Origin: a virus
Taxonomy: Duplodnaviria; Caudoviricetes
IMG/VR virus record: IMGVR_UViG_3300035498_000575
Coordinates: 1 to 64,000 of that record
Reading direction: 5' to 3' (one strand)
Length of the DNA: 64,000 nucleotides
Shown: positions 38,964 to 49,720 of the stretch, piece by piece
Numbering within the stretch: the stretch's first letter is position 1
How the letters are laid out: each line of letters begins with the position of its first letter
Program-made: the position numbers and the translations under genes
The notes under the pieces: model-generated
What the model saw: only the letters and a program-made list of their open reading frames with translations
Told to the model about the DNA's origin: nothing
Database searches by the model: none

Positions 38964-41900
38964 ATGGATTTAAGAATAATTAAAAAGAATGGGGAACTTC
39001 AAGATTTTGATATGAATAAAATCATAACAGCTGTCAATAAATCTGCAAATAGAGTGATGGTAGATTTCACAGATGATGATATAAGACAATTGAAAATGAA
39101 CGTTAGATCTATGTGCGCTGATTACTGTAATACACATGATGATCTAATTCCAATAGAGGTAATGCACAATATCGTTGAAGTTTCTCTCGATAAAGTAAAT
39201 AAGGATGTAGCGACTTCATACAGAGAATATAGAAATTACAAAACTAGTTTTGTAGAGATATTAAATAATGTCTACAAAAAGGTGCAGTCAATTATGTACA
39301 TAGGAGACAAAGACAATGCAAACACTGACAGTGCCCTAGTTTCAACAAGAAGAAGTTTGATCTACAATCAATTGAATAAAGAACTTTATCAAAAGTTCAA
39401 TATGAGACCTGATGAAGTCCAAGCATGTAAAGATGGATATATTTACATACATGATATGGTAGCAAGGAGAGATACAATAAATTGCTGCTTATATGATATG
39501 GAAAAAGTTTTAACTGGTGGATTTGAAATGGGTAACGTTTGGTATAACGAACCAAAAACCATAGATACAGCTTTTGATGTTATGGGAGATATCGTTCTAT
39601 CAGCTGCAGCACAACAGTATGGAGGATTTACAATTCCTGAAGTTGATAAGATATTAGAGCCATATGCAATAAAAACGTATGAAATGTATCGCGACGAATT
39701 TGCAGAATGTAATGGTTATACTAGCTATGATAGGATGTTGTGCACAATAAAGAGTTTCTTTGGTTCTAGTGAACAGAATAGGATTCGTTCTAGATGTGAA
39801 GAATATGCGAAGAAGAAGTTAAATCGAGATATTGAACAAGGTTTCCAAGGTTGGGAATATAAATTCAATACAGTAGGTTCTTCACGTGGTGATTACCCAT
39901 TTATATCTATCTCATTTGGATTATGTGATAGTGAATTTGGTAAGATGATAAACAAGGCATGTTTAAAGGTAAGAATGAATGGACAGGGAAAAAAGGGAAA
40001 TAAGAAACCGGTTTTATTTCCTAAACTTACTTTTTTATATGATCACAATATACATGGAGAAGGTTGTTCGTCAGAAGATGTTTTTGAAGCAGCCATTAAT
40101 TGCTCACAAAAAGCCATGTATCCTGACTACTTATCTTTAACAGGAGAAGGTTACATCCCATCTATGTACAAAAAGTATGGTAAGGTAGTAAGTTTAATGG
40201 GTTGCGTGCATGGCGACTCTGAAGTAACTATTTCTTCGGCAGAAAATGGGCAAGAAGATATAAAAATTAGTGATTTATGGAATCGCTTAACAGATGATGG
40301 GTATAACGTATTAGAACAGATTGAAGGTGAAGACAGATTTACATACATCGATTTTAGCGAAGGCGGTGCACAGATAGATATATATGACCAAATGACTGGA
40401 TATGTACGCGTTAGAAAGATAATTAAAAATAAAACTAACGAATGGATTTTATTTAAATTCGGCAATGGTGAGCAATTACAATGCACACCAGATCATCCAC
40501 TCCCAATATTCTATAAAGGAAGAATAAGGGCAGATGAAGTTTGTATTGGTGATGAGATCCATTGCTATGATGATGTTGAAGATGGTAATTCAACCAGAGT
40601 AGTAAGTATCCAGCACATACCTTGTCATATGGAAGATAGTTACGATGTGGAAACTGATACAGATCATTTCACAGTAAATAATATCTGGTCACACAATTGC
40701 AGGGCATCACTATCACCTTGGTATGAAAGAGGTGGTATGGAACCAGCAGACGATGACGACTATCCAGTTTTTGTTGGTAGGTTCAACATGGGCGCTATCT
40801 CTTTAAATCTCCCGTTGATACTAGCCAAAGCTAGAAAAGAGAATAGAGATTTTTATGAAGTTCTTGAGTTTTATATGACAATGATTAGAAGGATACATTT
40901 GAGGACTTATGAATATATTGGTGAAATGAAAGCTAGCACCAACCCACTTGGATTCTGTGAAGGTGGATTCTACGGAGGTCATTTGCAACCAGATGAAAAG
41001 ATAAAACCTCTTCTAAAACCTATGACTATGTCATTTGGTATTACTGCATTAAACGAATTACAAAGATTATATAACGGAAAATCACTACATGAAGATGGTG
41101 AATTTTCTCTTGAGGTCATGAAGTGGATTAATAATAAGATAAATGAATACAAACATGAAGATGGTATATTATATGCAGTATATGGATCACCAGCAGAGAG
41201 TTTATGCTTCTCAGGTGACACACTAGCGTGGACAGAAGACGGAAGAATTCCAATTAAAGATCTTAAAGAGGGAACAAGAGTTTTCTCATACGATGAAACT
41301 AGTGGAGACACAGTTCTCAAGCCAATAGTAAGTCAAAAGATGACATCTCCATCCGATAGGACTATGTATGTTCATTTTGAAAATGGAGACTGTATTTTAT
41401 GTACGTTCTTCCACCCATTTGCTGTATTAAACGGCGATGGTACCAGCATAAAGTATAAACCTGCATATCTTTTAACTGAAGGAGATAATGTTGTGACATC
41501 TAGTGGTACTGTCAGATTTTCAAATTTCTCAAGCATGCTTGAGGATATTCCGGTATATAATATAGAAGTTGAAGACTTACATAATTACTTTGTATGCTCT
41601 ACCAAGGAATCTGATGCCTACCTAGTACATAACTGCGGTCTACAAGCTGAGCAATTTAAGAAATTATATGGTGTAATAGAGAATGTCTCAGATAGAGGAT
41701 ATGTATCCAACAGTTTTCACGATCATGTTACCGAAGACATCACAGCTATAGAAAAACAGAATGACGAAGGTAGATTTTGGGATCTGTTTAATGGTGGTAA
41801 GATACAATACTGTCGCTATCCATTGAATTATAATGCAGAAGCGATGAGGATTATTGTACGTCGTGCTATGGATAAAGGTTTTTATGAGGGCGTTAATATG

Positions 41901-42086
41901 AGCTTAGCTTATTGTGACGACTGTGGTCATAGTGAGTTGGAAATGGATGTGTGTCCTAAATGTGGTAGCAGGAATTTAACTAAAATAGATAGAATGAATG
42001 GATATCTAGCTTATTCAAGAGTTAAGGGTGATACAAGATTGAATAAAGCTAAGATGGAAGAAATAAAAGATAGAAAAAGCATGTAA
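38964..42086 (+). CDS. nrdD: Anaerobic ribonucleoside-triphosphate reductase with two inteins
   Basis: ATP cone, YIYIHD, INCC, FPKL, MG|CR, CDDC...CPKC, glycyl-radical loop RMNGY. Confidence 0.95.
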   Translation: MDLRIIKKNGELQDFDMNKIITAVNKSANRVMVDFTDDDIRQLKMNVRSMCADYCNTHDDLIPIEVMHNIVEVSLDKVNKDVATSYREYRNYKTSFVEILNNVYKKVQSIMYIGDKDNANTDSALVSTRRSLIYNQLNKELYQKFNMRPDEVQACKDGYIYIHDMVARRDTINCCLYDMEKVLTGGFEMGNVWYNEPKTIDTAFDVMGDIVLSAAAQQYGGFTIPEVDKILEPYAIKTYEMYRDEFAECNGYTSYDRMLCTIKSFFGSSEQNRIRSRCEEYAKKKLNRDIEQGFQGWEYKFNTVGSSRGDYPFISISFGLCDSEFGKMINKACLKVRMNGQGKKGNKKPVLFPKLTFLYDHNIHGEGCSSEDVFEAAINCSQKAMYPDYLSLTGEGYIPSMYKKYGKVVSLMGCVHGDSEVTISSAENGQEDIKISDLWNRLTDDGYNVLEQIEGEDRFTYIDFSEGGAQIDIYDQMTGYVRVRKIIKNKTNEWILFKFGNGEQLQCTPDHPLPIFYKGRIRADEVCIGDEIHCYDDVEDGNSTRVVSIQHIPCHMEDSYDVETDTDHFTVNNIWSHNCRASLSPWYERGGMEPADDDDYPVFVGRFNMGAISLNLPLILAKARKENRDFYEVLEFYMTMIRRIHLRTYEYIGEMKASTNPLGFCEGGFYGGHLQPDEKIKPLLKPMTMSFGITALNELQRLYNGKSLHEDGEFSLEVMKWINNKINEYKHEDGILYAVYGSPAESLCFSGDTLAWTEDGRIPIKDLKEGTRVFSYDETSGDTVLKPIVSQKMTSPSDRTMYVHFENGDCILCTFFHPFAVLNGDGTSIKYKPAYLLTEGDNVVTSSGTVRFSNFSSMLEDIPVYNIEVEDLHNYFVCSTKESDAYLVHNCGLQAEQFKKLYGVIENVSDRGYVSNSFHDHVTEDITAIEKQNDEGRFWDLFNGGKIQYCRYPLNYNAEAMRIIVRRAMDKGFYEGVNMSLAYCDDCGHSELEMDVCPKCGSRNLTKIDRMNGYLAYSRVKGDTRLNKAKMEEIKDRKSM
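40203..40697 (+). mobile_element. Mini-intein 1 (165 aa) in NrdD
   Basis: CVHGDSEV...CTPDHP...YDVET...IWSHN|C; no LAGLIDADG domain. Confidence 0.92.
41205..41633 (+). mobile_element. Mini-intein 2 (143 aa) in NrdD
   Basis: CFSGDT...CTFFHPF...VYNIEVEDLHNY...LVHN|C. Confidence 0.92.
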
Positions 42087-42119
42087 TTAAGAAGAAGCCA
42101 TTATGGCTTCTTCTTAATT
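42085..42119. terminator. Bidirectional terminator
   Basis: AATTAAGAAGAAGCCA-tta-TGGCTTCTTCTTAATT between convergent genes. Confidence 0.75.
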
Positions 42120-42154
42120 TTCTATGATTTGTATATTTCATCGATATATGATTT

Positions 42155-43411
42155 TTATTTTTCAGTATCTCCCGAATCACTTGATGATTTATCTGTAACT
42201 TTTGACTTTTTATTTGAAGGCTTTTCTGGGGTTTTGAATTTAAAGTCATCAACGGTTGGGTATGGAAGTTCTATATATTTTAATTTCAGATTGTACCTAG
42301 CGGCACAAATGCGTATCGTCGAGTATGTTGTGTTGAATTCAAGCACTGCTTTACGCAATTCGGCAAATCCTCTATTATCCATTCTTTTATCATACGTCGT
42401 CTTATCAGTATACCCATGGGTAAATACTCTATTAGCACTAGTATTAATTGATCTTTTACAGTCACCTGATAGCTTCGTTATTAGATCATTCATGTGGTGT
42501 ACATCCACGTCACTATATTTACAATCATTAATTAATTTTTTGAGATCCTGACGATTAATTTGTTCGAGCATTTCATTCATAGGTCCTGAGATTTTTGCTT
42601 TAAATGCGTTTATTGTGTTACGAGATGTGTACGTTGCATATGAGTTCTTATCAAAGTTAGAGAGACCAGAAGCGACGCGATAATTATAATCATTCGATAG
42701 TCCTTTGTCGTAATTGTCATTCATGAGATGTGATGCTGTACTTCTCTCTATTCCATCTATAGCAGCAGGTACAATTGATTGTAAATAACTGAAGAATCTT
42801 AGTACAACATTATCAGCTCTTTTTAATCTTCTGAGATCTTTGGCGTCTAATCCTTCACCAGTTTCGATCCCTCCAAGAATTCTTTTTGTCTCGTCCATTC
42901 TTTTTGGAACGGTTGTCAAATATCGTACTAATCCTATGGCGACGTTGGCTCCTATCGTTCCAAAGTAGGCTGCGCGTATTATTTTATCTCTTTTTTCACG
43001 TTTCTCGCATGCGGCAACTAAATCATCGAGATTATCCAGTGATGCTTTTTTCTCAGCATCACTCTTACCTTTAAAATGACTAAGCAGTTTTTTCTTAGCT
43101 GCTACAATCTTATTTGTAGATGCAAGAACATCCTCAACTTCTGCTTGGGTATTTTTTGCCGCCTGATTACCCTCAGGAGTTCCGGGTCCTAAGTTTTTAA
43201 GTTGTTCTTGTGTTGGCATATTATCTTTCTTTGTGAAGAATGATTTAATCTTCTCTATTATTTCTTTTATCTTATTTACAAACTTAGTAAATAAGCCTTC
43301 TGATTGTGGAGATGTGCCACCGTCCTCCATTACTGCTATATAGTAAGAATCTAAATACCATGCTGCTTCATGGCGATCTTTCATACTTTCTAGTATGTAT
43401 TCATTAATCAT
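42155..43411 (-). CDS. Putative internal head protein (same N-terminal architecture as paralogs A/B)
   Basis: ILE...VME-D then amphipathic GLFTKFVNKIKEIIEKIKSFF and a later hydrophobic segment. Confidence 0.5.
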   Translation of the reverse strand: MINEYILESMKDRHEAAWYLDSYYIAVMEDGGTSPQSEGLFTKFVNKIKEIIEKIKSFFTKKDNMPTQEQLKNLGPGTPEGNQAAKNTQAEVEDVLASTNKIVAAKKKLLSHFKGKSDAEKKASLDNLDDLVAACEKREKRDKIIRAAYFGTIGANVAIGLVRYLTTVPKRMDETKRILGGIETGEGLDAKDLRRLKRADNVVLRFFSYLQSIVPAAIDGIERSTASHLMNDNYDKGLSNDYNYRVASGLSNFDKNSYATYTSRNTINAFKAKISGPMNEMLEQINRQDLKKLINDCKYSDVDVHHMNDLITKLSGDCKRSINTSANRVFTHGYTDKTTYDKRMDNRGFAELRKAVLEFNTTYSTIRICAARYNLKLKYIELPYPTVDDFKFKTPEKPSNKKSKVTDKSSSDSGDTEK

Positions 43412-43548
43412 TAATATCAATCCTTTCTTAATATATGTCTATGATTTATTTATATTAAGGTTTATTCGGGGGGGGGTAATATTTTAACAATCAGTAGTTC
43501 TGTTGTATTTTTTACAATTTATTAATATAAATAAAAGGAGATGATACT

Positions 43549-46500
43549 ATGCCAGAAAAAGTCAATAATGCTGATAACTTGTTAGCCGCAATGGGTAATA
43601 ATACGTTCAGCTTACAACAGACGCATGAGAGTGCTGTGAAAGCGATGCAGAACTCATATGTATATCTATCTAAGCTTCAACGAGCTATTGTGGATTACCA
43701 TACGCCTACGGAGTATAGTAGTTTTGACTCACTATCAATAGATGACAAATATGATGTGGTCATACATGTACCATACAATATTATTCATCCAGATGACAGA
43801 AGAAAGTACAGAATTAGTGAATTTTATGACAAAGATATAACGATGGATGATATAATCAATAATCCTGATATTTTCAGATATTTTCCTGTTGTTATTATTG
43901 ATGAGCAAGTCGTCTGTATTAAAAAATATAGATTCACTTTAAATGAGACGTTTGATGTTGTATTAGATATTGACAAGTCCTATAGACTCGACGAGCATAG
44001 GGTAAAAGTATTCATATTTGACAATTATTATATAAGTGATGATAGGGTTACTAGGAAAACATTCGTCAATAATGGATATAAGTTTAATTCTAGGAATATT
44101 CTTAGGAAGTGCCCAAGTGATTTTAATGGCACAATATTTTTATATTTTCATAATGGGTTTACAGTATTCGGTAGTAACTTATATGCGGTGGATCCTTCAT
44201 ATAAAACAACAGGAATGATTGATATATCAGCTGGTATTACTGAAGAAACTCTACATCAAGTTCTTGAGGATTCTACTTTATTTTATGTATATGCTATATT
44301 TGTACCTGACTTATATAAATCGGAAGTATTCGACTATAAGAATCCATACCTTGTTCTTCCTGATGACTATAGTATGCCTGTGCCTAAGGAGAATATAGTG
44401 GTAGTTAGTTACAAACCTGAGACAGGTTCTATGATGGAAGTTATTAAACCTACTGAGCATATTTATCCTAATATTTACAAATTTGATTGTGAACCTGATA
44501 AATCATATCAAGCTTATTATTTCTACAAGGATGACGAGGACAAAATTCTTAAGTTTAATAATAAATTTAAATTCTTCTTTGATTACCTTGAATATAAGTA
44601 TAGTAGGAGCACGACTCAGATGCTTTTCAATAATATTATGAATGGAAGCATTGAACTTAGCGATAATATGAGTAATTATTTGGATAAAGTAATCAATTAT
44701 GTGGATCCTTCGTATGATTATACCAATAAGAACTTTGATGAATCAAATTTACTATCATTTGATTATAAAACTGGAAAGTTAAGAGAGTTTATAGATTATG
44801 ATCCATGGATATTGAAAGACTACATAATAGATCAAAATAAAGTGGGATATAGAAGATATCTGTACGTGAAAGACATTGACCTAGCATCTAGATACAGGTT
44901 AAACACATTCGCGGAGTCAACCTGTGAAAAGGATAATTTGGTATTTGATGAGCCCAGATATGTTTTCATGTTTAAGAATGATTATCCTAATATACTTCAT
45001 ATAAGATTTTATGTAGATGGTATTATATGTCCTATTCCACATTCTGTACTTGCACACGGAATTGAGTATTACTACGTCCCAGCATCTATGTTTAAAGATG
45101 ACAGTGTTGTAGAGATTGAAAGACTAGACCAATACAGATTTAGAGAAAAGTTGAATTGTCAATTAGATGTAGAAGGTAATTATTCTCAGATTATACAATT
45201 TCCACAATTCAATAATGCAAACCCTACTGTGTTTGATATTTATTTCACTGACGCATATGATAGACGACTCACATATTCTGCATTTAAAGTTGAGTCATTG
45301 ACTGATGGTGCTAAATATTCTATCAATATCAATGAGCAGTCAATTGATTTCAGTGACAAGAATATGCTTGAGAAAATATCGTTTTTTGATTCAAATGATA
45401 ACCAATATTTTGTTAAGAATGGAAAATTAGTTGATAGTGAAGGTAATGTGTATAAGGGTTCTTATGATGTACGAGGAACTACAGAAATAGAGCATATAAA
45501 GATACAAAACGTAATCTTGACTAACACCAATGATCAAGGAATAGAGGGAGATATAACTTTATATGACACATCTGGAGCAGAAACTTCTTTTAATGATATC
45601 AAATTTAAGGTTGATGACATAGGAGAAGTATTGGGATACAATAATAGTTTCCTATTTTTGAAGAGTGGTGTTAAGGTAACTCTTGTTGGTACTATGTATA
45701 AAGATAAAGACGTGTGGATAAACGTTAACAAGCATTCTAGAGGTTTTAATTTCTTTGTTGAATGTCCGTCTGTTCCTAATTTAGTAATACCGGAGGTTAA
45801 TATACTTCACAGAAGAAGAAAAGAATATATGAGAGTATTCTTAAATGGTAAATTACTACATCCAGATAGTTGGATATTTAAGTATGTTAAGAAAAAAGGT
45901 TATATCCGAATTGCGTTGAAGAAAGCGTGTAAAAAGGGTGATGTTGTTAGTGTTGACATGAACGTAAACGCATATCGTATTGAGTATCACCTAACAGAAA
46001 TACCAGAAGATTATATAATTGATGTCAATCATTTCTTAGATAAACCTCTAGCATTAGAATATTATGATATATATGTAAATGGTAGGAAACTTAATGAATC
46101 GAATGTTACTATTCTTACCCCAACTAAGATGATACTCAGTGGGGTACACTCAAGGAAGGATTTACAAATTATATCTAAGGATAGGGACCCAGAATACTAC
46201 GGATTTGATGAAAATGGTTGTACTACTGAACTGGATGAATTCATTGACTCTGTATTACCAGAAGATGATAAAGGAGAATTCTATCAACATTTAGTTAACG
46301 AGATTAACCCAAACGCTGACGGTGACAATATTATTTCTGATGATAGTGAAGAATATTTATTAGAAGACGTAGTTTATAACGAAAGAGACTACAATAGGTG
46401 GGCTTTTTACTTCAATGAGCTTTCGCCTATCGGTCATCTTAACCCTGATCTTGTGCAGTTCAACTATTTGCGTTTAAAGCAATATTACCCTTATATCAAT

Positions 46501-46626
46501 GAGGATTATAAACGAGGAACTTCAAAAAGAACTAGGAAAGCAGTAACTACAGATCCAGACATAGTTTATAATGCTGGTGTACGATTACTTGTCGGCGGAA
46601 TGGTAGATGTTAATGATTTAGTATAA
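43549..46626 (+). CDS. Large virion structural protein (tail/baseplate-like)
   Basis: Tyr/beta-rich, repeated FYVDG / VFLNGKLL / IYVNGRKL motifs; TACA-N6-TA upstream. Confidence 0.55.
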   Translation: MPEKVNNADNLLAAMGNNTFSLQQTHESAVKAMQNSYVYLSKLQRAIVDYHTPTEYSSFDSLSIDDKYDVVIHVPYNIIHPDDRRKYRISEFYDKDITMDDIINNPDIFRYFPVVIIDEQVVCIKKYRFTLNETFDVVLDIDKSYRLDEHRVKVFIFDNYYISDDRVTRKTFVNNGYKFNSRNILRKCPSDFNGTIFLYFHNGFTVFGSNLYAVDPSYKTTGMIDISAGITEETLHQVLEDSTLFYVYAIFVPDLYKSEVFDYKNPYLVLPDDYSMPVPKENIVVVSYKPETGSMMEVIKPTEHIYPNIYKFDCEPDKSYQAYYFYKDDEDKILKFNNKFKFFFDYLEYKYSRSTTQMLFNNIMNGSIELSDNMSNYLDKVINYVDPSYDYTNKNFDESNLLSFDYKTGKLREFIDYDPWILKDYIIDQNKVGYRRYLYVKDIDLASRYRLNTFAESTCEKDNLVFDEPRYVFMFKNDYPNILHIRFYVDGIICPIPHSVLAHGIEYYYVPASMFKDDSVVEIERLDQYRFREKLNCQLDVEGNYSQIIQFPQFNNANPTVFDIYFTDAYDRRLTYSAFKVESLTDGAKYSININEQSIDFSDKNMLEKISFFDSNDNQYFVKNGKLVDSEGNVYKGSYDVRGTTEIEHIKIQNVILTNTNDQGIEGDITLYDTSGAETSFNDIKFKVDDIGEVLGYNNSFLFLKSGVKVTLVGTMYKDKDVWINVNKHSRGFNFFVECPSVPNLVIPEVNILHRRRKEYMRVFLNGKLLHPDSWIFKYVKKKGYIRIALKKACKKGDVVSVDMNVNAYRIEYHLTEIPEDYIIDVNHFLDKPLALEYYDIYVNGRKLNESNVTILTPTKMILSGVHSRKDLQIISKDRDPEYYGFDENGCTTELDEFIDSVLPEDDKGEFYQHLVNEINPNADGDNIISDDSEEYLLEDVVYNERDYNRWAFYFNELSPIGHLNPDLVQFNYLRLKQYYPYINEDYKRGTSKRTRKAVTTDPDIVYNAGVRLLVGGMVDVNDLV

Positions 46627-46638
46627 GGAGTGATAATT

Positions 46639-47322
46639 ATGAGGAGAAGATCCAACTATTCTATCTTAGAAGATACTATGGATCGTTTACTAGAAACTGA
46701 GAATATGGCAGCACAATTGTTACCTCAGATTGGTAATACCGAGGGTCCTGACTGTATCTCTACTAAGGATATAATCGATATGGTGTCTTCAGCAGATGAT
46801 GATTATGACGTAAAGTCATTTACTGATGTAGACAGAGTAGTCAACGAGATGTACAATAATTTATTTGAAGCATCGGTGGAAACGCCTGATGAGATGAAGA
46901 GAATTGTAGAACACCTTGAATCTAAGGGCTACAAGGTTAAGTATGCTAGCCCTGGTCATCTAAATACAAAGTTTAAGAATGACAGAAATGGCGATAGAAT
47001 ATCTAATTCCAAGATGGTATCTACAGCAAGAATAATATTCAAGAATCCAGAATTAAAGATTGAACCACCATACTTATGGGAACTAAAAATCATGGATGAT
47101 TGTACTGGCTTATATGTAAAGCCGTATACATATAATGAAGCTTCCCAAGGTAGTAAGGATGAAGCGTTTATAAAATGGAAGGAAAATTACATGAAGTCCC
47201 TAGATGAATGGGCGCATAAGAGTGACAACATCGACGGAACAACACAAAAGAAGAGAGATAAGTTATTCTTGACAAATGCAAAAGCTAAGCTTGTCTCTAA
47301 GAAGGAAAACGACAAGAAATAA
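46639..47322 (+). CDS. Hypothetical protein, possible head component
   Basis: AAGGAG RBS; ILE/LLE/LFE-A motifs; YASPGH. Confidence 0.5.
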   Translation: MRRRSNYSILEDTMDRLLETENMAAQLLPQIGNTEGPDCISTKDIIDMVSSADDDYDVKSFTDVDRVVNEMYNNLFEASVETPDEMKRIVEHLESKGYKVKYASPGHLNTKFKNDRNGDRISNSKMVSTARIIFKNPELKIEPPYLWELKIMDDCTGLYVKPYTYNEASQGSKDEAFIKWKENYMKSLDEWAHKSDNIDGTTQKKRDKLFLTNAKAKLVSKKENDKK

Positions 47323-47427
47323 ACAAGAAGGAAGCGTAACGCTTCCTTCTATAAAATATGTTTTGTAAGTATATAAACCAAAAATATTTAGGCGAAATGT
47401 CTATATGAGAATATATTACAATATTGT

Positions 47428-47456
47428 TTGACAATAGAATTTATTATTTGGACAAT
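47428..47456 (+). promoter_or_regulatory. Host sigmaA-type promoter
   Basis: TTGACA-17 bp-GACAAT, then GGAGG and ATG at 47496. Confidence 0.5.
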
Positions 47457-47495
47457 ATGATAAATCAAAAATTGTTAATATGGAGGAAGAATTCT

Positions 47496-48617
47496 ATGAA
47501 AAAGAAAAAAAAGCAACAAATATATAATATAAAGATTGATTCGGATAAAGTGATGACTGAACAGGAACTTCGTGAATATTTATATGGTGAAGCTCCTACT
47601 TCTCCACTTGAGGTAATAGGTTATGAATTATCAGCAGGATACTTTTCTGCATGGTTAGTTGTGATTATATCGATAATCGCATTATTGATAGGCTTGTTTA
47701 TAGGCGGCTTTGATTGCGCCCGTAGATTTTCATTGCCTGTTTCAGAAGTATTCTCTCTAAGTCTTTCTAAGTCGGATTATGCGTATAGTCCTATGACTGG
47801 ACATATAGAATACGGATATAATAATTCGACTACGACTGGCTATAATATAACTGATAATCATAATGACGATACCGTCACCGGTCTTGACAGTTTAATTCCC
47901 GAAGGAATCAACGTTGACGGTGCGACAATTAATATTTATCAAGGAGATGTTTACATAGGAGACACCTATGACGATGCTGTTTATAATTATGAAAACCGAG
48001 ATAATCAATATATAAGCGCAACAGATAATTCTGGTAATAGCTCAACACCATCCGTCCAAAATCCGGATAATGATGAAAGTTCGAGTGTTTCAGAATCATC
48101 TGACACGGAAAATTTGGATATCGTTGAAAATAAAAATGATACCGAGTTAGATTCAGATGTCGTTGATGATAGTCAGATTGACGATAACGACGGAATCGAA
48201 ATTAATATTGAAAACCAAGATGTTTCTGACGACCAGTTAGACAAATCTGATAATTCTGATATTATTCAGGATAATAGTTATACCCATGCAAATGGGCCTA
48301 TAGTTTTCAATATTACTAAGTCATCAAGTGATGATGGCAACCCAAAAAAAGAAAAAGATGATACTAATATAGATATTCAGGATAGTAAAGATGATGATAA
48401 TGAAATCGACGTTGATTCTCCCGACCAGCCAATCGTGGAGGATACTGACGCTGATGACGTTATTACCATAGGTGATAGCCTAAGACTAGATGAATCTGGT
48501 TATACAAATTCATCTAGTGGAAGTCTATCCCAACTTTACTATGGCGTTATAATAAGCGCATTTTGGATGTTAATCACAATAGGTATAGTTGTATATCTCA
48601 AAAAACATAAGATGTAG
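47496..48617 (+). CDS. Membrane protein with two TM helices flanking a D/N/S-rich loop
   Basis: WLVVIISIIALLIGLFIGG ... YYGVIISAFWMLITIGIVVYLKKHKM. Confidence 0.7.
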   Translation: MKKKKKQQIYNIKIDSDKVMTEQELREYLYGEAPTSPLEVIGYELSAGYFSAWLVVIISIIALLIGLFIGGFDCARRFSLPVSEVFSLSLSKSDYAYSPMTGHIEYGYNNSTTTGYNITDNHNDDTVTGLDSLIPEGINVDGATINIYQGDVYIGDTYDDAVYNYENRDNQYISATDNSGNSSTPSVQNPDNDESSSVSESSDTENLDIVENKNDTELDSDVVDDSQIDDNDGIEINIENQDVSDDQLDKSDNSDIIQDNSYTHANGPIVFNITKSSSDDGNPKKEKDDTNIDIQDSKDDDNEIDVDSPDQPIVEDTDADDVITIGDSLRLDESGYTNSSSGSLSQLYYGVIISAFWMLITIGIVVYLKKHKM

Positions 48618-48696
48618 GCTAAAATCTTATGAATTTTGATTTGTACAAATATATCCATCCAACTTTATGAATGGAGTATTAGTTTTGAATATAAAA

Positions 48697-48726
48697 AAGA
48701 AGCAAGACTTTATGGTCTTGCTTCTT
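48697..48726. terminator. Bidirectional terminator overlapping the stop of TnpB-like gene 2
   Basis: AAGAAGCAAGAC-tttatg-GTCTTGCTTCTT flanked by A/T tracts. Confidence 0.75.
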
Positions 48727-49720
48727 CTTGTTTCAATATTAAATTTTCAATTCGACTATATCCTTCATTTGCTATCACTTTAGCGGCATTCACATCCCTG
48801 TCATGTATTTCACCACACACAGGACAAATGTATCTTCTTATTGTACACATGTCATGTATGTTGTAAGGCATATCCATTTTCATCTCATCGAGTACTGTAA
48901 TCCAACCGTTATTGATATTCTTACGTCTCTTTTTAACCGTAGTTAATCTTAGCTTAGGAATTTTGAACTCTTCGTCAGCTAGCAGATTGTATTGGTCTAT
49001 GACTATATTGCTTCTTTGAGTTGCTAAATCGTATGATTTAGCAGTATGTTTATTTTGTAGTGTACCTGTAATTGCAGAATTTACTGTATGTATACAGTTG
49101 TTGTATCTGGTCACGTTTCTTAAAAGAGTATGGTCTAAGTCAAGGAAGTTAGCACCATCAACCATTTGACTTTTTGTAAAAACTTCCATTGTATGGTTGC
49201 ATCTATATGTACTAATATATCCATAATCTAGTTGTATGCAACCAATTTCTTTCTCTTTACAAATAGATATTATATAGTCTTGTAGCCAGTCAATCACCCT
49301 TCCAATTATTTGAGCATCAACCCAGTATCTGTACTTTTCTCTTGAGTTAATGTCATCTCTGTCAATATTGTCCATTAGTTGTTTTTCTAAACATATAGCG
49401 TGTTCTATGACTAGAACTTTAATTTCATTCTCCTCTAGAATATTTTCAAGCTCCTTTTTCAATTGATCTTTTCTTTGGTTAATCATATTGATTATATTTC
49501 TTTCGACATCACTTCTACATTTTTCTGATGGGTACACAACGACTCCGTTTATTATATCGGCAGCGTTTTGTGTCCAAGTTACTGTATGCATGAAGTCTTG
49601 AGAAAACACCAGTTTTTGTGTCATCTTGCCATATAACGACAATGGCCTACTGAATGTTATAGGTGACGTCTTACCAACATCAATGCCTATTACATAATTA
49701 AATAGTTCATCAGTTTTCAT
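48710..49720 (-). CDS. TnpB-derived RuvC/Zn-finger protein lacking the N-terminal lobe
   Basis: VIGIDVG at residues 10-16, VLVIEH, CPVCGEIHDRDVNAAKVI; GGAGGT RBS. Confidence 0.8.
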   Translation of the reverse strand: MKTDELFNYVIGIDVGKTSPITFSRPLSLYGKMTQKLVFSQDFMHTVTWTQNAADIINGVVVYPSEKCRSDVERNIINMINQRKDQLKKELENILEENEIKVLVIEHAICLEKQLMDNIDRDDINSREKYRYWVDAQIIGRVIDWLQDYIISICKEKEIGCIQLDYGYISTYRCNHTMEVFTKSQMVDGANFLDLDHTLLRNVTRYNNCIHTVNSAITGTLQNKHTAKSYDLATQRSNIVIDQYNLLADEEFKIPKLRLTTVKKRRKNINNGWITVLDEMKMDMPYNIHDMCTIRRYICPVCGEIHDRDVNAAKVIANEGYSRIENLILKQEEARP

